From the IMG/VR virus record IMGVR_UViG_3300042342_000377, positions 1 through 30,870 of that record: 30,870 bases of DNA; one strand, written 5' to 3'. The position numbers and the translations under genes are program-made. Positions 11,501 through 19,936 of the stretch are shown in pieces; within the stretch, counting starts at the first letter, position 1; every line of letters begins with the position of its first letter. The notes under the pieces were generated by a model. The model was given only the letters and a program-made list of their open reading frames with translations, did no database searches and was not told the DNA's origin. The stretch comes from a virus. Lineage: Duplodnaviria > Caudoviricetes.

Positions 11501-12436
11501 ATGGCAGATCATATTAATCATTTAACCAATGTTGATGGTGTGTTGTGGTGTGTTGATACAGTAATCTTTAATGGTGATGTTTATACTATTAATGGATGGG
11601 TATCACATATAATGCAACCCGTTAAAGCATTCCTAATTGGTGAAGAAATTATTTCTCCTGGTTTTGAATCAAGATCAGATGTTAAAAAGTTTTATCCTAC
11701 AATCCCCACTGATGAAGTTGGATTCCAATTAATTATTTCAAAACAAGAAATAGACAAACCCGTTGGACTTGTATTACAAGATAATTCCGTAGTAAATTTT
11801 ATTGGTACATTTGAAAAATGGATAGTATTTAATACTGGATTCAATGAAACTTCTAAAAAAGGTATTATAGTAGTAGATAATTTCTACAAAAACCCATCAT
11901 GGGTAAGAGAATATGCAATAAATAATTTAGATTTTAATCCATCAGGATATCATAAAGGACAACGTAGTTCAGATAGATTTATTTTAGAGGGTACTAAAGA
12001 AAAATTTGAAGAGATTTTAGGTAAGAAGATTACAAACTGGAATTATGAGTCATATGCTAATGGAGTATTCCAATATTGCACATCTCAAGATCCAATTGTA
12101 TATCACGTTGATTCTCAAACGTATGCTGCAATGGTGTATTTAACACCAAATGCTCCTTTACAAACAGGTACTGCTACCTATAAAAGCAAAATTACAGGCG
12201 CTACTAGATTTGATAAAACTGAAGGTGACGATTATTACAATACTTTTAAGGGATTAAGTAATAATATGAACTTCTATGACCCAACAACATATGAAGTAGT
12301 AGATACTGTTGCAAATGTTTATAATAGATTAGTTATGTTTGATTCAAAATCAATACACGCAGCAACCGGCTATTTCGGAGATGCAATTGAAAATGCTAGA
12401 TTTTTTCACCTATTTTTCTTTGACGTAGAATGGTAA
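11501..12436 (+). CDS. 2OG-Fe(II) oxygenase-like protein (DUF6445-like) with extra N-terminal domain
   Basis: IIVVDNFY start of the catalytic domain, HxD (YHVD), AMVYLTP...GT, NRLVMFD...IHAA (distal His) and a C-terminal R (ARFFHLFFF). Confidence 0.75.
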   Translation: MADHINHLTNVDGVLWCVDTVIFNGDVYTINGWVSHIMQPVKAFLIGEEIISPGFESRSDVKKFYPTIPTDEVGFQLIISKQEIDKPVGLVLQDNSVVNFIGTFEKWIVFNTGFNETSKKGIIVVDNFYKNPSWVREYAINNLDFNPSGYHKGQRSSDRFILEGTKEKFEEILGKKITNWNYESYANGVFQYCTSQDPIVYHVDSQTYAAMVYLTPNAPLQTGTATYKSKITGATRFDKTEGDDYYNTFKGLSNNMNFYDPTTYEVVDTVANVYNRLVMFDSKSIHAATGYFGDAIENARFFHLFFFDVEW

Positions 12437-14244
12437 TACACATATTAACGCGTTGTACGCGCCCACAGAATTTATTAACAATTCAGAAAACAATATTTGA
12501 AACCTCTGTAGTTGTATATTGGCATATTATCTTTGATACAACAACATTAAAAGATATTGATGCTGAAATGCTAAATAAATTGCAAGGTCCTACTACTAAA
12601 TTTCACTTTGTAAAGGGAGATGGATCTGATTATCTATACCCTCAATTAAATGATATTATAGACGGATTATTTGAAGATGCTTATATTGTAATATTAGATG
12701 ATGACAATTACGTTCATCATTCTTTCTATGACACAATCAAAAAGGAAATAGAAGCAAACCCTGATAAAGAGGCTTTCGTTTATGAACAGCGCATTGATGG
12801 AAGAGATTTTACTGGCTTAGATGTTAGAAAAGTAGGCCCTGAACACATGAAATTAAGACATATAGACTCAGCTCAATATGTTATTAAACAATCATTATAC
12901 ACACAAGGAAAATATGAAGGTGGATATTGTGGCGATGGTGTATTTATAGAAAATTTATATAAACAATTCCCAGATAAATTTCATTTTATTCATTCTGAAC
13001 TGTGTTATTATAATCGTTTAACACCAGTTAAAAAAGCAAAAGTGCCTAAAGTACTTTATATTAATGGCCAATCAGAATTAGAAAGTATTAAACATTTAGG
13101 ATATGAGGATACTAGTTTAAATGTATTATATACACCAAATGATATTAGTATTGAAAGTACATTGACATCATTTAAACCGGATTCAATTATTACTGTTGGT
13201 AAACATTTTAGAGAATTTCCTAATTTAGCTTGCCAACCATTAGAGGTAAGAAAAAGATGGCTTAATGTTGAAGAAGATACTACTGGTAATGGTGATATAG
13301 CTTACAATGTAGCTATGAATCAAATATTAACAGCATCAAATGAACATTTAGTATCATATTTTACCCCAATATATAATACTGGAGATAAATTGTGGAATAC
13401 TTATCGTTCATTACTTGAACAAACATATGAAGATTGGGAATGGATATTGGTAAATGATTCATCTGATGGTGGTAAAACACTTAAAATAGCTGAAGAAATA
13501 GCTAGACGAGATTCAAGAGTAAAAGTATACGATTTTAGAGAAAAAACAGGAGGAATTATTGGTGAATCAAAATATAGAGCAGCTTGTTTAACAAGAGGAT
13601 TCTTATTAGCAGAGTTAGATCATGATGATTTATTAACTGATAACTGTACAATGGATTTAATTAATGCTACTAAAGCATACCCAGATGCAGGTTTCTTCTT
13701 TAATGATAGCGTTGAATTAAATGAAAATTGGGAATCATTAACATATGATGATGGATTTGCTTTTGGGTATGGTAAGTATAGAAAAGAAACTTATAGAGGT
13801 CGTGAATGGGATGTAGCGATTACTCAAAACATCAATCCAAAAACCATAAGACATATTGTAGGGGTTCCAAATCACGTTCGTGCTTGGAGAAGAGATACAT
13901 ATTTCGCTATTGGCGGACATAATAGAGACTTAGCTATTGCTGATGATTATGAATTAGTAGTAAGAACATTCTTACACACTAGAATATGTAAAATACCAAA
14001 AATAGGCTACATTCAGTTCATATATAATAATCATACAGGACAAAATACACACGATTTATCTCGTGCTGATATTCAACGTAGAGTAAGATCGATTATGTAT
14101 CACTATAATGATAGAATTGCAAAGCGATTTGAAGAATTAGGAGTTGAAGATTATGCTTACAACCACAATCCAAACAATCCATTATCAGCCGAAAGTAGAT
14201 TTGGTGATGGTGAAAATTACGTAAACTATATTTATAATGATTAG
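12430..14244 (+). CDS. Two-domain GT-A/GT2-type glycosyltransferase (604 aa)
   Basis: N-terminal GT-A-like domain with VILDDDN; C-terminal GT2 domain with FTPIYN...SLLEQTYEDWEWILVNDSS...ELDHDD...ADDYELVVR. Overlaps the upstream gene. Confidence 0.85.
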   Translation: MVIHILTRCTRPQNLLTIQKTIFETSVVVYWHIIFDTTTLKDIDAEMLNKLQGPTTKFHFVKGDGSDYLYPQLNDIIDGLFEDAYIVILDDDNYVHHSFYDTIKKEIEANPDKEAFVYEQRIDGRDFTGLDVRKVGPEHMKLRHIDSAQYVIKQSLYTQGKYEGGYCGDGVFIENLYKQFPDKFHFIHSELCYYNRLTPVKKAKVPKVLYINGQSELESIKHLGYEDTSLNVLYTPNDISIESTLTSFKPDSIITVGKHFREFPNLACQPLEVRKRWLNVEEDTTGNGDIAYNVAMNQILTASNEHLVSYFTPIYNTGDKLWNTYRSLLEQTYEDWEWILVNDSSDGGKTLKIAEEIARRDSRVKVYDFREKTGGIIGESKYRAACLTRGFLLAELDHDDLLTDNCTMDLINATKAYPDAGFFFNDSVELNENWESLTYDDGFAFGYGKYRKETYRGREWDVAITQNINPKTIRHIVGVPNHVRAWRRDTYFAIGGHNRDLAIADDYELVVRTFLHTRICKIPKIGYIQFIYNNHTGQNTHDLSRADIQRRVRSIMYHYNDRIAKRFEELGVEDYAYNHNPNNPLSAESRFGDGENYVNYIYND

Positions 14245-14884
14245 TATTATTATCCCTACATTGTGGCAGTCAGATTGCATTTATGAAACCATTCGTGATT
14301 TCAAATATAGTCAAGTTGAAGGAGCTGAATTAATTATTATTGACAACGCCAATAGTGATTATGATGAAGAAGGTGTTACATTTGTTAGACAAACAGAAAA
14401 CATATTTGTAAACCCCGCCTGGAATTTAGGTGTATCTTTAGCTAAAAATGATACTATATGTTTATTAAACGACGACATAACAATTAATTTAAAAACGTTA
14501 TTTAATAATATCTCCCGTTTTCCCGAATACGGAATGATAGGATTTGACGCCAATAGAAACCTCACTCAAACGCTGAATGTTGATGATGAAATTTGGGAAT
14601 TAGAAGATGCTACTTGCCGCAGTTTAGGATTTGGTTGCATGATGATAATGCCTAAAGCACATTACGAAATAATCCCATCAGATTTAAAAATATATTTTGG
14701 TGATGATATGTTATATTGGTTAAATAAAGATTTCTTTAAACGTAAAGTTTATAATATTAAAAATTTAAAATCAACAGGTGAATTAAGCAAAACTAGCAGA
14801 CCATATGAACCACAACTTCAGATAGAATTACCTTATTTCCACTCAGCAATCCAACAATTACAACAAAAATATACTAATTTATAA
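14237..14884 (+). CDS. Glycosyltransferase family 2 protein
   Basis: ISIIIPT, LIIIDNA, NPAWNLG, CLLNDD, GFGCMMI and YFGDD motifs. Confidence 0.85.
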   Translation: MISIIIPTLWQSDCIYETIRDFKYSQVEGAELIIIDNANSDYDEEGVTFVRQTENIFVNPAWNLGVSLAKNDTICLLNDDITINLKTLFNNISRFPEYGMIGFDANRNLTQTLNVDDEIWELEDATCRSLGFGCMMIMPKAHYEIIPSDLKIYFGDDMLYWLNKDFFKRKVYNIKNLKSTGELSKTSRPYEPQLQIELPYFHSAIQQLQQKYTNL

Positions 14885-14893
14885 ATAATATAC

Positions 14894-15448
14894 ATGAATA
14901 CTAAAGAACATTTATTTGAAATGAGAGATGGGCAGTACGCTCAAGGGTTAGAAGATTTAATTTCACATATACAAAAACATAGTGATACTAAAAATATGAC
15001 AATGGTAGAAATTGGCTCTTATGCTGGTGAGTCTACTATCATATTTGCAAAACATTTTAAAAATGTAATTGCTATTGATCCTTTCATGAACGATTATGAT
15101 CCAAATGATATTACTTGTAATTATATGGAGTTAACGGACGTTCATAAAGTATTTAATAATACAATCCTTCCTTTTGATAATATACAACATATTCACAAAA
15201 CATCTGATGATGCTATTGATGATTTAATTGAACAAAAGTTTGATTTTATTTATATAGATGGATTACACACTTATGATCAAATTAAAAAAGATATTCGTAA
15301 TTATTTTCCAATAATCAATAAAGGTGGATTTATTGGTGGACATGATTTTCATAAAAATTGGCAAGGAGTTATAGATGGTATATTAGAAACTATTGGAATA
15401 CCAGACGAAACATTTAAAGATACAAGTTGGATTAAACAAATAAAATAA
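14894..15448 (+). CDS. Class I SAM-dependent methyltransferase (Methyltransf_24-like)
   Basis: VEIGSYAGES motif I, IAIDPF, FDFIYIDGLHTY, GGFIGGHDF. Confidence 0.88.
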   Translation: MNTKEHLFEMRDGQYAQGLEDLISHIQKHSDTKNMTMVEIGSYAGESTIIFAKHFKNVIAIDPFMNDYDPNDITCNYMELTDVHKVFNNTILPFDNIQHIHKTSDDAIDDLIEQKFDFIYIDGLHTYDQIKKDIRNYFPIINKGGFIGGHDFHKNWQGVIDGILETIGIPDETFKDTSWIKQIK

Positions 15449-15451
15449 GAT

Positions 15452-16489
15452 ATGAAAAATTTCTGCATAGGAACTTTAACACATGATGCACCTAAGCGAG
15501 GTGAATATTTTATAGATACAGTTAATAGTTTTTTAGAAAACACCATAGTTCCAGAAGGTGTAAATTGGTTTATATATTTTAATGGTGGTCATGATAGTCC
15601 TGTTATAAGCTCTATTAATGAAATGATTGATAAGTGGAGCCATAAGGTAAATTTTCATTTATTCTGTGAAGGTAAAAACTTAGGTGTAGGTCCGGGTATA
15701 AACAAATTAAACGAACATTTAAAATTATACGAATATTCTTTCTTTTTAGAAGGGGATTGGATTACATTACCACAATCTATAAGTGGATTTGATAAAAATT
15801 GGTTAATGGATTGTTTAGAATTATTAGAAACTAATAATGAAATAGACCAAATACAATTACGTAGATTCTTGCATGATGTGGATGATAGACAGTTTGGGTA
15901 TGGTTATTGGATAAAACAATCTAATATTAAACAAGAAACTGATAAATTTTTCTTTCTAAATGAAAGAGAATATGGTAATAACCCAACTGTCCGTAGAAAT
16001 CAAAAACATTTTGATGTAGGAATTTTCCCATTAAAAGAATATTATGATGAAAGTGGAGAACCTATGGAATTAAAAGGTAATCCATATTGGGGGCAAGCAG
16101 AAATACAATCATCTGGTTTGGGAAAACAATTAGGATCAGCTGCATTAAAATTTGGAAACTTTGTTCATTGTGACCATTGGCAGTATGGTACTGATTTTGA
16201 AAAAGCAATTGAAGATATAAAAGGATGTGGATTTAAAACCAATTCAGTTATAAATTGCAAATATGGATTTTTATTCCCACGTGAAGAATTTTGTTTAGGA
16301 TGTAGAGCATCAAAAGCATTTACTGATTTAGAATCACACAACATATTCTTTGAAACTGAAATTCACCATGCGTTTTGGTCAAAACAACCAAGAGAAACTA
16401 TTAAAGAAAGAATTTTAACAAACGAAGAATTACCTCCGGTGAATATTGATGAATATATCGATATTGTACTTAAAAAATCAAATTACTAA
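15452..16489 (+). CDS. Divergent GT-A-fold (glycosyltransferase-like) protein with Cys-containing C-terminal part
   Basis: NLGVGPGIN followed by FFLEGDW (DxD-like), QIQLR and NNPT; the C-terminal region has several Cys including CLGC. Confidence 0.55.
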   Translation: MKNFCIGTLTHDAPKRGEYFIDTVNSFLENTIVPEGVNWFIYFNGGHDSPVISSINEMIDKWSHKVNFHLFCEGKNLGVGPGINKLNEHLKLYEYSFFLEGDWITLPQSISGFDKNWLMDCLELLETNNEIDQIQLRRFLHDVDDRQFGYGYWIKQSNIKQETDKFFFLNEREYGNNPTVRRNQKHFDVGIFPLKEYYDESGEPMELKGNPYWGQAEIQSSGLGKQLGSAALKFGNFVHCDHWQYGTDFEKAIEDIKGCGFKTNSVINCKYGFLFPREEFCLGCRASKAFTDLESHNIFFETEIHHAFWSKQPRETIKERILTNEELPPVNIDEYIDIVLKKSNY

Positions 16490-16502
16490 TAAAATATAAA
16501 CA

Positions 16503-17093
16503 ATGGTACAAACAGGTTATTTATTCTCAAAGAAACATGTTGATCTTCAAAACTATTACTATTTTGATAATGGGTTTAATGAAGAAGAATTAAACAAAAT
16601 TTATAGAGATGTGAATGATATTGATTTTGTAGAAGCCACCACTATTGGTGGTGAAAATAAAGAAGCACGTTCATCTTCTATTAAATGGATCCCACAAAAT
16701 ATGAAATGGGATTGGTTATATGGTAGACTAATGGACATGGCTGTTGAAGCAAATGATGCTTTATGGGGATTTGACCTATATTCAGCACCAGAACAAATAC
16801 AATACACTGAATATTACGCTTCAGAAGGTGGTCACTACATTTGGCACCAAGACATTGGACCTGGGATGTTATCGCTCCGTAAAGTGTCTATTACAGTTCA
16901 ATTATCCGATCCTAGCGAATATGAAGGTGGTGATTTGGATATTTGGCAAGGAGGTAAAGAACCTATCACTGCACCACGCGGCAAAGGTACAGTAGTTATA
17001 TTCCCTTCATACATGATGCACCGCGTTTCACCAGTAACTGTGGGAACTCGTAGATCGTTTGTGTTGTGGCTTGGGGGAGAACATTATCGTTAA
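16503..17093 (+). CDS. 2OG-Fe(II) oxygenase, prolyl-4-hydroxylase/PKHD-like
   Basis: QYTEY...GHYIWHQD (HxD), RKVSITVQLS...YEGGDL, IFPSYMMHRVSPVTVGTRRSFVLW (His and R-x-S 2OG-binding motif). Confidence 0.9.
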   Translation: MVQTGYLFSKKHVDLQNYYYFDNGFNEEELNKIYRDVNDIDFVEATTIGGENKEARSSSIKWIPQNMKWDWLYGRLMDMAVEANDALWGFDLYSAPEQIQYTEYYASEGGHYIWHQDIGPGMLSLRKVSITVQLSDPSEYEGGDLDIWQGGKEPITAPRGKGTVVIFPSYMMHRVSPVTVGTRRSFVLWLGGEHYR

Positions 17094-17101
17094 TATTTAT
17101 A
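17093..17101 (+). promoter_or_regulatory. ATATTTATA motif, putative late promoter
   Basis: Begins 28 nt before ATG 17121. Confidence 0.6.
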
Positions 17102-17120
17102 CACGTAAAAAAAACATAAA

Positions 17121-17585
17121 ATGGCAATCAAAATTACAAAACAAATTGGTACTGATTTAGGTATCACAAGCGAAGCATATCTTCGTATTACTACTTATAA
17201 CATTCAAAAAGGTGGATACGCAAATTTCCAAACACAGTTGTATTTAGACACTGAAGCAGCAACATCTTCATCTAATTTATACCCAGGTCCTGGAATGGGT
17301 GGAGCAGTAGCTCGTAACCAACAAATTGGTGATAACTTATACGTTGATTTAAGAGTTCCATCTCAAAGTGTTATTTACAGAACAGTAAGCATGCCTTCTC
17401 AAAGCATTGATGAATCAGGAAGTATTACTTACACTAACGTAGAAACAACAATTTCTGAAAGTGTAACGTACATGATCCCAGATTTTACTGCAGTAGAAGA
17501 AGCAAACATTTTCGAATTTGGTTATGCTAAATTAAAAGAAAAGGTTGATGAAGTGTTCGGTACAGGCAGCTACCAGGATTGTTAA
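17121..17585 (+). CDS. Hypothetical protein (154 aa), probably tail/fibre-associated
   Basis: Clean ORF with A-rich leader and upstream motif; no recognised catalytic motif. Confidence 0.7.
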   Translation: MAIKITKQIGTDLGITSEAYLRITTYNIQKGGYANFQTQLYLDTEAATSSSNLYPGPGMGGAVARNQQIGDNLYVDLRVPSQSVIYRTVSMPSQSIDESGSITYTNVETTISESVTYMIPDFTAVEEANIFEFGYAKLKEKVDEVFGTGSYQDC

Positions 17586-17608
17586 TTAGATATTAATATA
17601 TATTTTTA

Positions 17609-17634
17609 GAAGGGGATGAGTGATCATCCCCTTT
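17609..17634 (+). terminator. Stem-loop, probable intrinsic terminator
   Basis: AAGGGGATGA (17610-17619), GTGA loop, TCATCCCCTT (17624-17633); perfect 10-bp stem, weak U-tract. Confidence 0.6.
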
Positions 17635-17635
17635 C

Positions 17636-17644
17636 ATATTTATA
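17636..17644 (+). promoter_or_regulatory. ATATTTATA motif, putative late promoter
   Basis: Directly after the hairpin; begins 30 nt before ATG 17666. Confidence 0.6.
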
Positions 17645-17665
17645 CGTGACAAATTTAAAAAAATT

Positions 17666-19936
17666 ATGGCTTTATCTTTAAGATCAACTTTAGGACGCCC
17701 GCTTACCTGGCAGGAAATGGACACTAACTGGACGTCACTAAGTGGTAGCATAGCAGCAATCACAATATCAAATGGCGCTCAAGGATTTCAAGGCACTCAA
17801 GGAACTACAGGTTCTCAAGGTGTTCAAGGTCCCGTAGGTGCACAAGGCAATCAAGGTCCATTAGGTCTTCAAGGCGTTCAAGGTCCAATAGGTATACAAG
17901 GTGTAGTTGGCCCTCAAGGCAACCAAGGCCCAATAGGTGTACAAGGTGAAGTTGGCTCGCAAGGACTTCAAGGTATTAAGGGTGATCAAGGATTTACAGG
18001 CAATCAAGGTAATCAAGGCCCACTCGGCCCTCAAGGATATACAGGCGATCAAGGTGCTAAAGGTGATCAAGGTAATCAAGGTCCAACAGGTCAACAGGGT
18101 AACCAAGGCCCAACCGGTTTTCAAGGTAATCAAGGTAATCAAGGCCCTACAGGTCTTCAAGGTAATCAAGGCAACCAAGGTCCAACAGGTTTTCAAGGTA
18201 ATCAAGGCAACCAAGGCCCTCAAGGTAACCAAGGCTTAACAGGGCAACAAGGCAATCAAGGTCCACAAGGCAACCAAGGTCCAACAGGTTTTCAAGGTAA
18301 TCAAGGCGATCAAGGAAATCAAGGTCCTACAGGGCAACAAGGCAACCAAGGTCCTCAAGGCAATCAAGGACCTCAGGGAATACAAGGAACAAAAGGCGAT
18401 CAAGGAAATCAAGGTCCTACAGGGCAACAAGGCAACCAAGGTCCTTTAGGATTTCAAGGTTTCCAAGGTAATGGAGCACAAGGAGTACAAGGCCCTCAAG
18501 GCAACCAAGGCTACCAAGGAATAACAGGACAAGGATTTACAATTTATCAAATATATAACTCAGTAGCTTTATTGTTAGCTGATAATTCATGTCCCGAGGG
18601 ACAATTTGGTTTGGTTGGGGGCAGTTTATCTCAATCAGATCCTGATTATGGAAAGTTATATTTAAGAAGTGGTGGAACATGGAACTTTTCAACAGATATG
18701 TCTGTTCAAGGTATTCAAGGCCCTCAAGGAACAAAAGGCGATCAAGGTAACCAAGGTCCTCAAGGAATACAAGGAACAAAAGGCGACCAAGGAAATCAAG
18801 GCCCAACAGGACAACAAGGCAACCAAGGCCCTCAAGGAATACAAGGAACAAAAGGCGATCAAGGAAATCAAGGCCCAAATGGTCCTCAAGGCAACCAAGG
18901 TCCTCAAGGCAATCAAGGTCCTCAAGGAATACAAGGAACAAAAGGCGATAAAGGCGATCAAGGTTTTCAAGGCCCACAAGGTAATCAAGGCCCACAGGGT
19001 AATCAAGGCCCACAAGGCAACCAAGGCCCTCAAGGAATACAAGGGACAAAAGGAGATCAAGGCAACCAAGGCCCTCAAGGAATACAAGGAACAAAAGGCG
19101 ATCAGGGTAACCAAGGCCCAAATGGTAATAATTCAACAGTACCTGGCCCTCAAGGAAATCAAGGCCCTAATGGTAATAATTCAATAGTAGCGGGTCCACA
19201 AGGTCGTCAAGGCCCTAGTGGTTTAGATTCAACAACAGCGGGTCCTCAAGGCCGTCAAGGCCCTTCAGGTACTGATTCTACAACAGCAGGCCCTCAAGGC
19301 CGTCAAGGTCCTACAGGCCCTAGTTCAACAGTAGCTGGTCCTCAAGGAAATCAAGGCCCTACAGGTACTGGAGATGCAGGCCCTCAAGGACGTCAAGGCC
19401 CTACAGGTAATGGTCCTCAAGGAAATCAAGGCCCACAAGGTAACCAAGGTCCCACAGGTACTGGTAATCAAGGCAATCAAGGTCCAACAGGTGCAGGCCC
19501 ACAAGGCAACCAAGGCCCACAAGGTAACCAAGGCCCTACAGGTCCTGGATTTAATGCTATTTCACCGGCAACAAATAATGCTTTATTAATTAGTAATGGT
19601 ACTTCAACCGGAGCTACTACAAATGCAGCAATAACAGTAAGTGGAAATACAATTTATGCGGATGGTTTCTGGCAGAATTCATCTCGCTATTTAAAAAATA
19701 ATATTATTCCTTTCAATATTGATGCTTTAGCTCTATTAAATCAAGTTAATATAGTAACATTTAATTATAAGGATGATAAAGATAGTGTATCTCACATTGG
19801 ATTTATTGCTGAAGATACTCCAATAGAGTTATCTTCTCCAAAGAAAAATGCAATGGATATCCCATCAACAGTAGGTGTGTTAATAAAAGCAATTCAACAA
19901 TTAGAAGCTAGAATAAAAGAATTAGAATCTAAATAA
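17666..19936 (+). CDS. Collagen-like fibre 3, almost entirely G-X-Y, with S74-type chaperone (756 aa)
   Basis: Short N-terminal anchor (LTWQEMDTNW), G-X-Q tract 17774-19549, C-terminal NSSRYLKNNI...HIGFIAED...VGVLIKAIQQLEARI. Confidence 0.85.
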   Translation: MALSLRSTLGRPLTWQEMDTNWTSLSGSIAAITISNGAQGFQGTQGTTGSQGVQGPVGAQGNQGPLGLQGVQGPIGIQGVVGPQGNQGPIGVQGEVGSQGLQGIKGDQGFTGNQGNQGPLGPQGYTGDQGAKGDQGNQGPTGQQGNQGPTGFQGNQGNQGPTGLQGNQGNQGPTGFQGNQGNQGPQGNQGLTGQQGNQGPQGNQGPTGFQGNQGDQGNQGPTGQQGNQGPQGNQGPQGIQGTKGDQGNQGPTGQQGNQGPLGFQGFQGNGAQGVQGPQGNQGYQGITGQGFTIYQIYNSVALLLADNSCPEGQFGLVGGSLSQSDPDYGKLYLRSGGTWNFSTDMSVQGIQGPQGTKGDQGNQGPQGIQGTKGDQGNQGPTGQQGNQGPQGIQGTKGDQGNQGPNGPQGNQGPQGNQGPQGIQGTKGDKGDQGFQGPQGNQGPQGNQGPQGNQGPQGIQGTKGDQGNQGPQGIQGTKGDQGNQGPNGNNSTVPGPQGNQGPNGNNSIVAGPQGRQGPSGLDSTTAGPQGRQGPSGTDSTTAGPQGRQGPTGPSSTVAGPQGNQGPTGTGDAGPQGRQGPTGNGPQGNQGPQGNQGPTGTGNQGNQGPTGAGPQGNQGPQGNQGPTGPGFNAISPATNNALLISNGTSTGATTNAAITVSGNTIYADGFWQNSSRYLKNNIIPFNIDALALLNQVNIVTFNYKDDKDSVSHIGFIAEDTPIELSSPKKNAMDIPSTVGVLIKAIQQLEARIKELESK
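17774..19549 (+). repeat. Collagen-like G-X-Q repeat tract, fibre 3
   Basis: GNQGPQ, GPTGQQ and GIQGTKGDQ repeats; insert at 18533-18709; S(T/I)(V/T)(A/P)GPQ interruptions near the end. Confidence 0.95.

Noticed and set aside
11501-17093. Oxygenase plus GT cluster as a TET/JBP-type DNA hypermodification locus
   Set aside because: The oxygenases look P4H/PKHD-like and DUF6445-like rather than TET/JBP, the methyltransferase lacks DNA-MTase motifs, and the context is structural. Disfavoured but not excluded.
7468-18709. Duplicated 177-nt block as a DGR template/variable repeat pair
   Set aside because: Both copies are coding and mid-gene, differences are largely synonymous and not confined to adenines, and no reverse transcriptase is in the window.
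2263-19549. Collagen DNA repeats as a CRISPR array or non-coding repeat
   Set aside because: Repeats are in-frame multiples of 9 nt that vary at wobble positions and have no unique spacers.
17861-19589. Overlapping ORFs over the fibre 3 collagen tract
   Set aside because: Same repeat-driven artefact.
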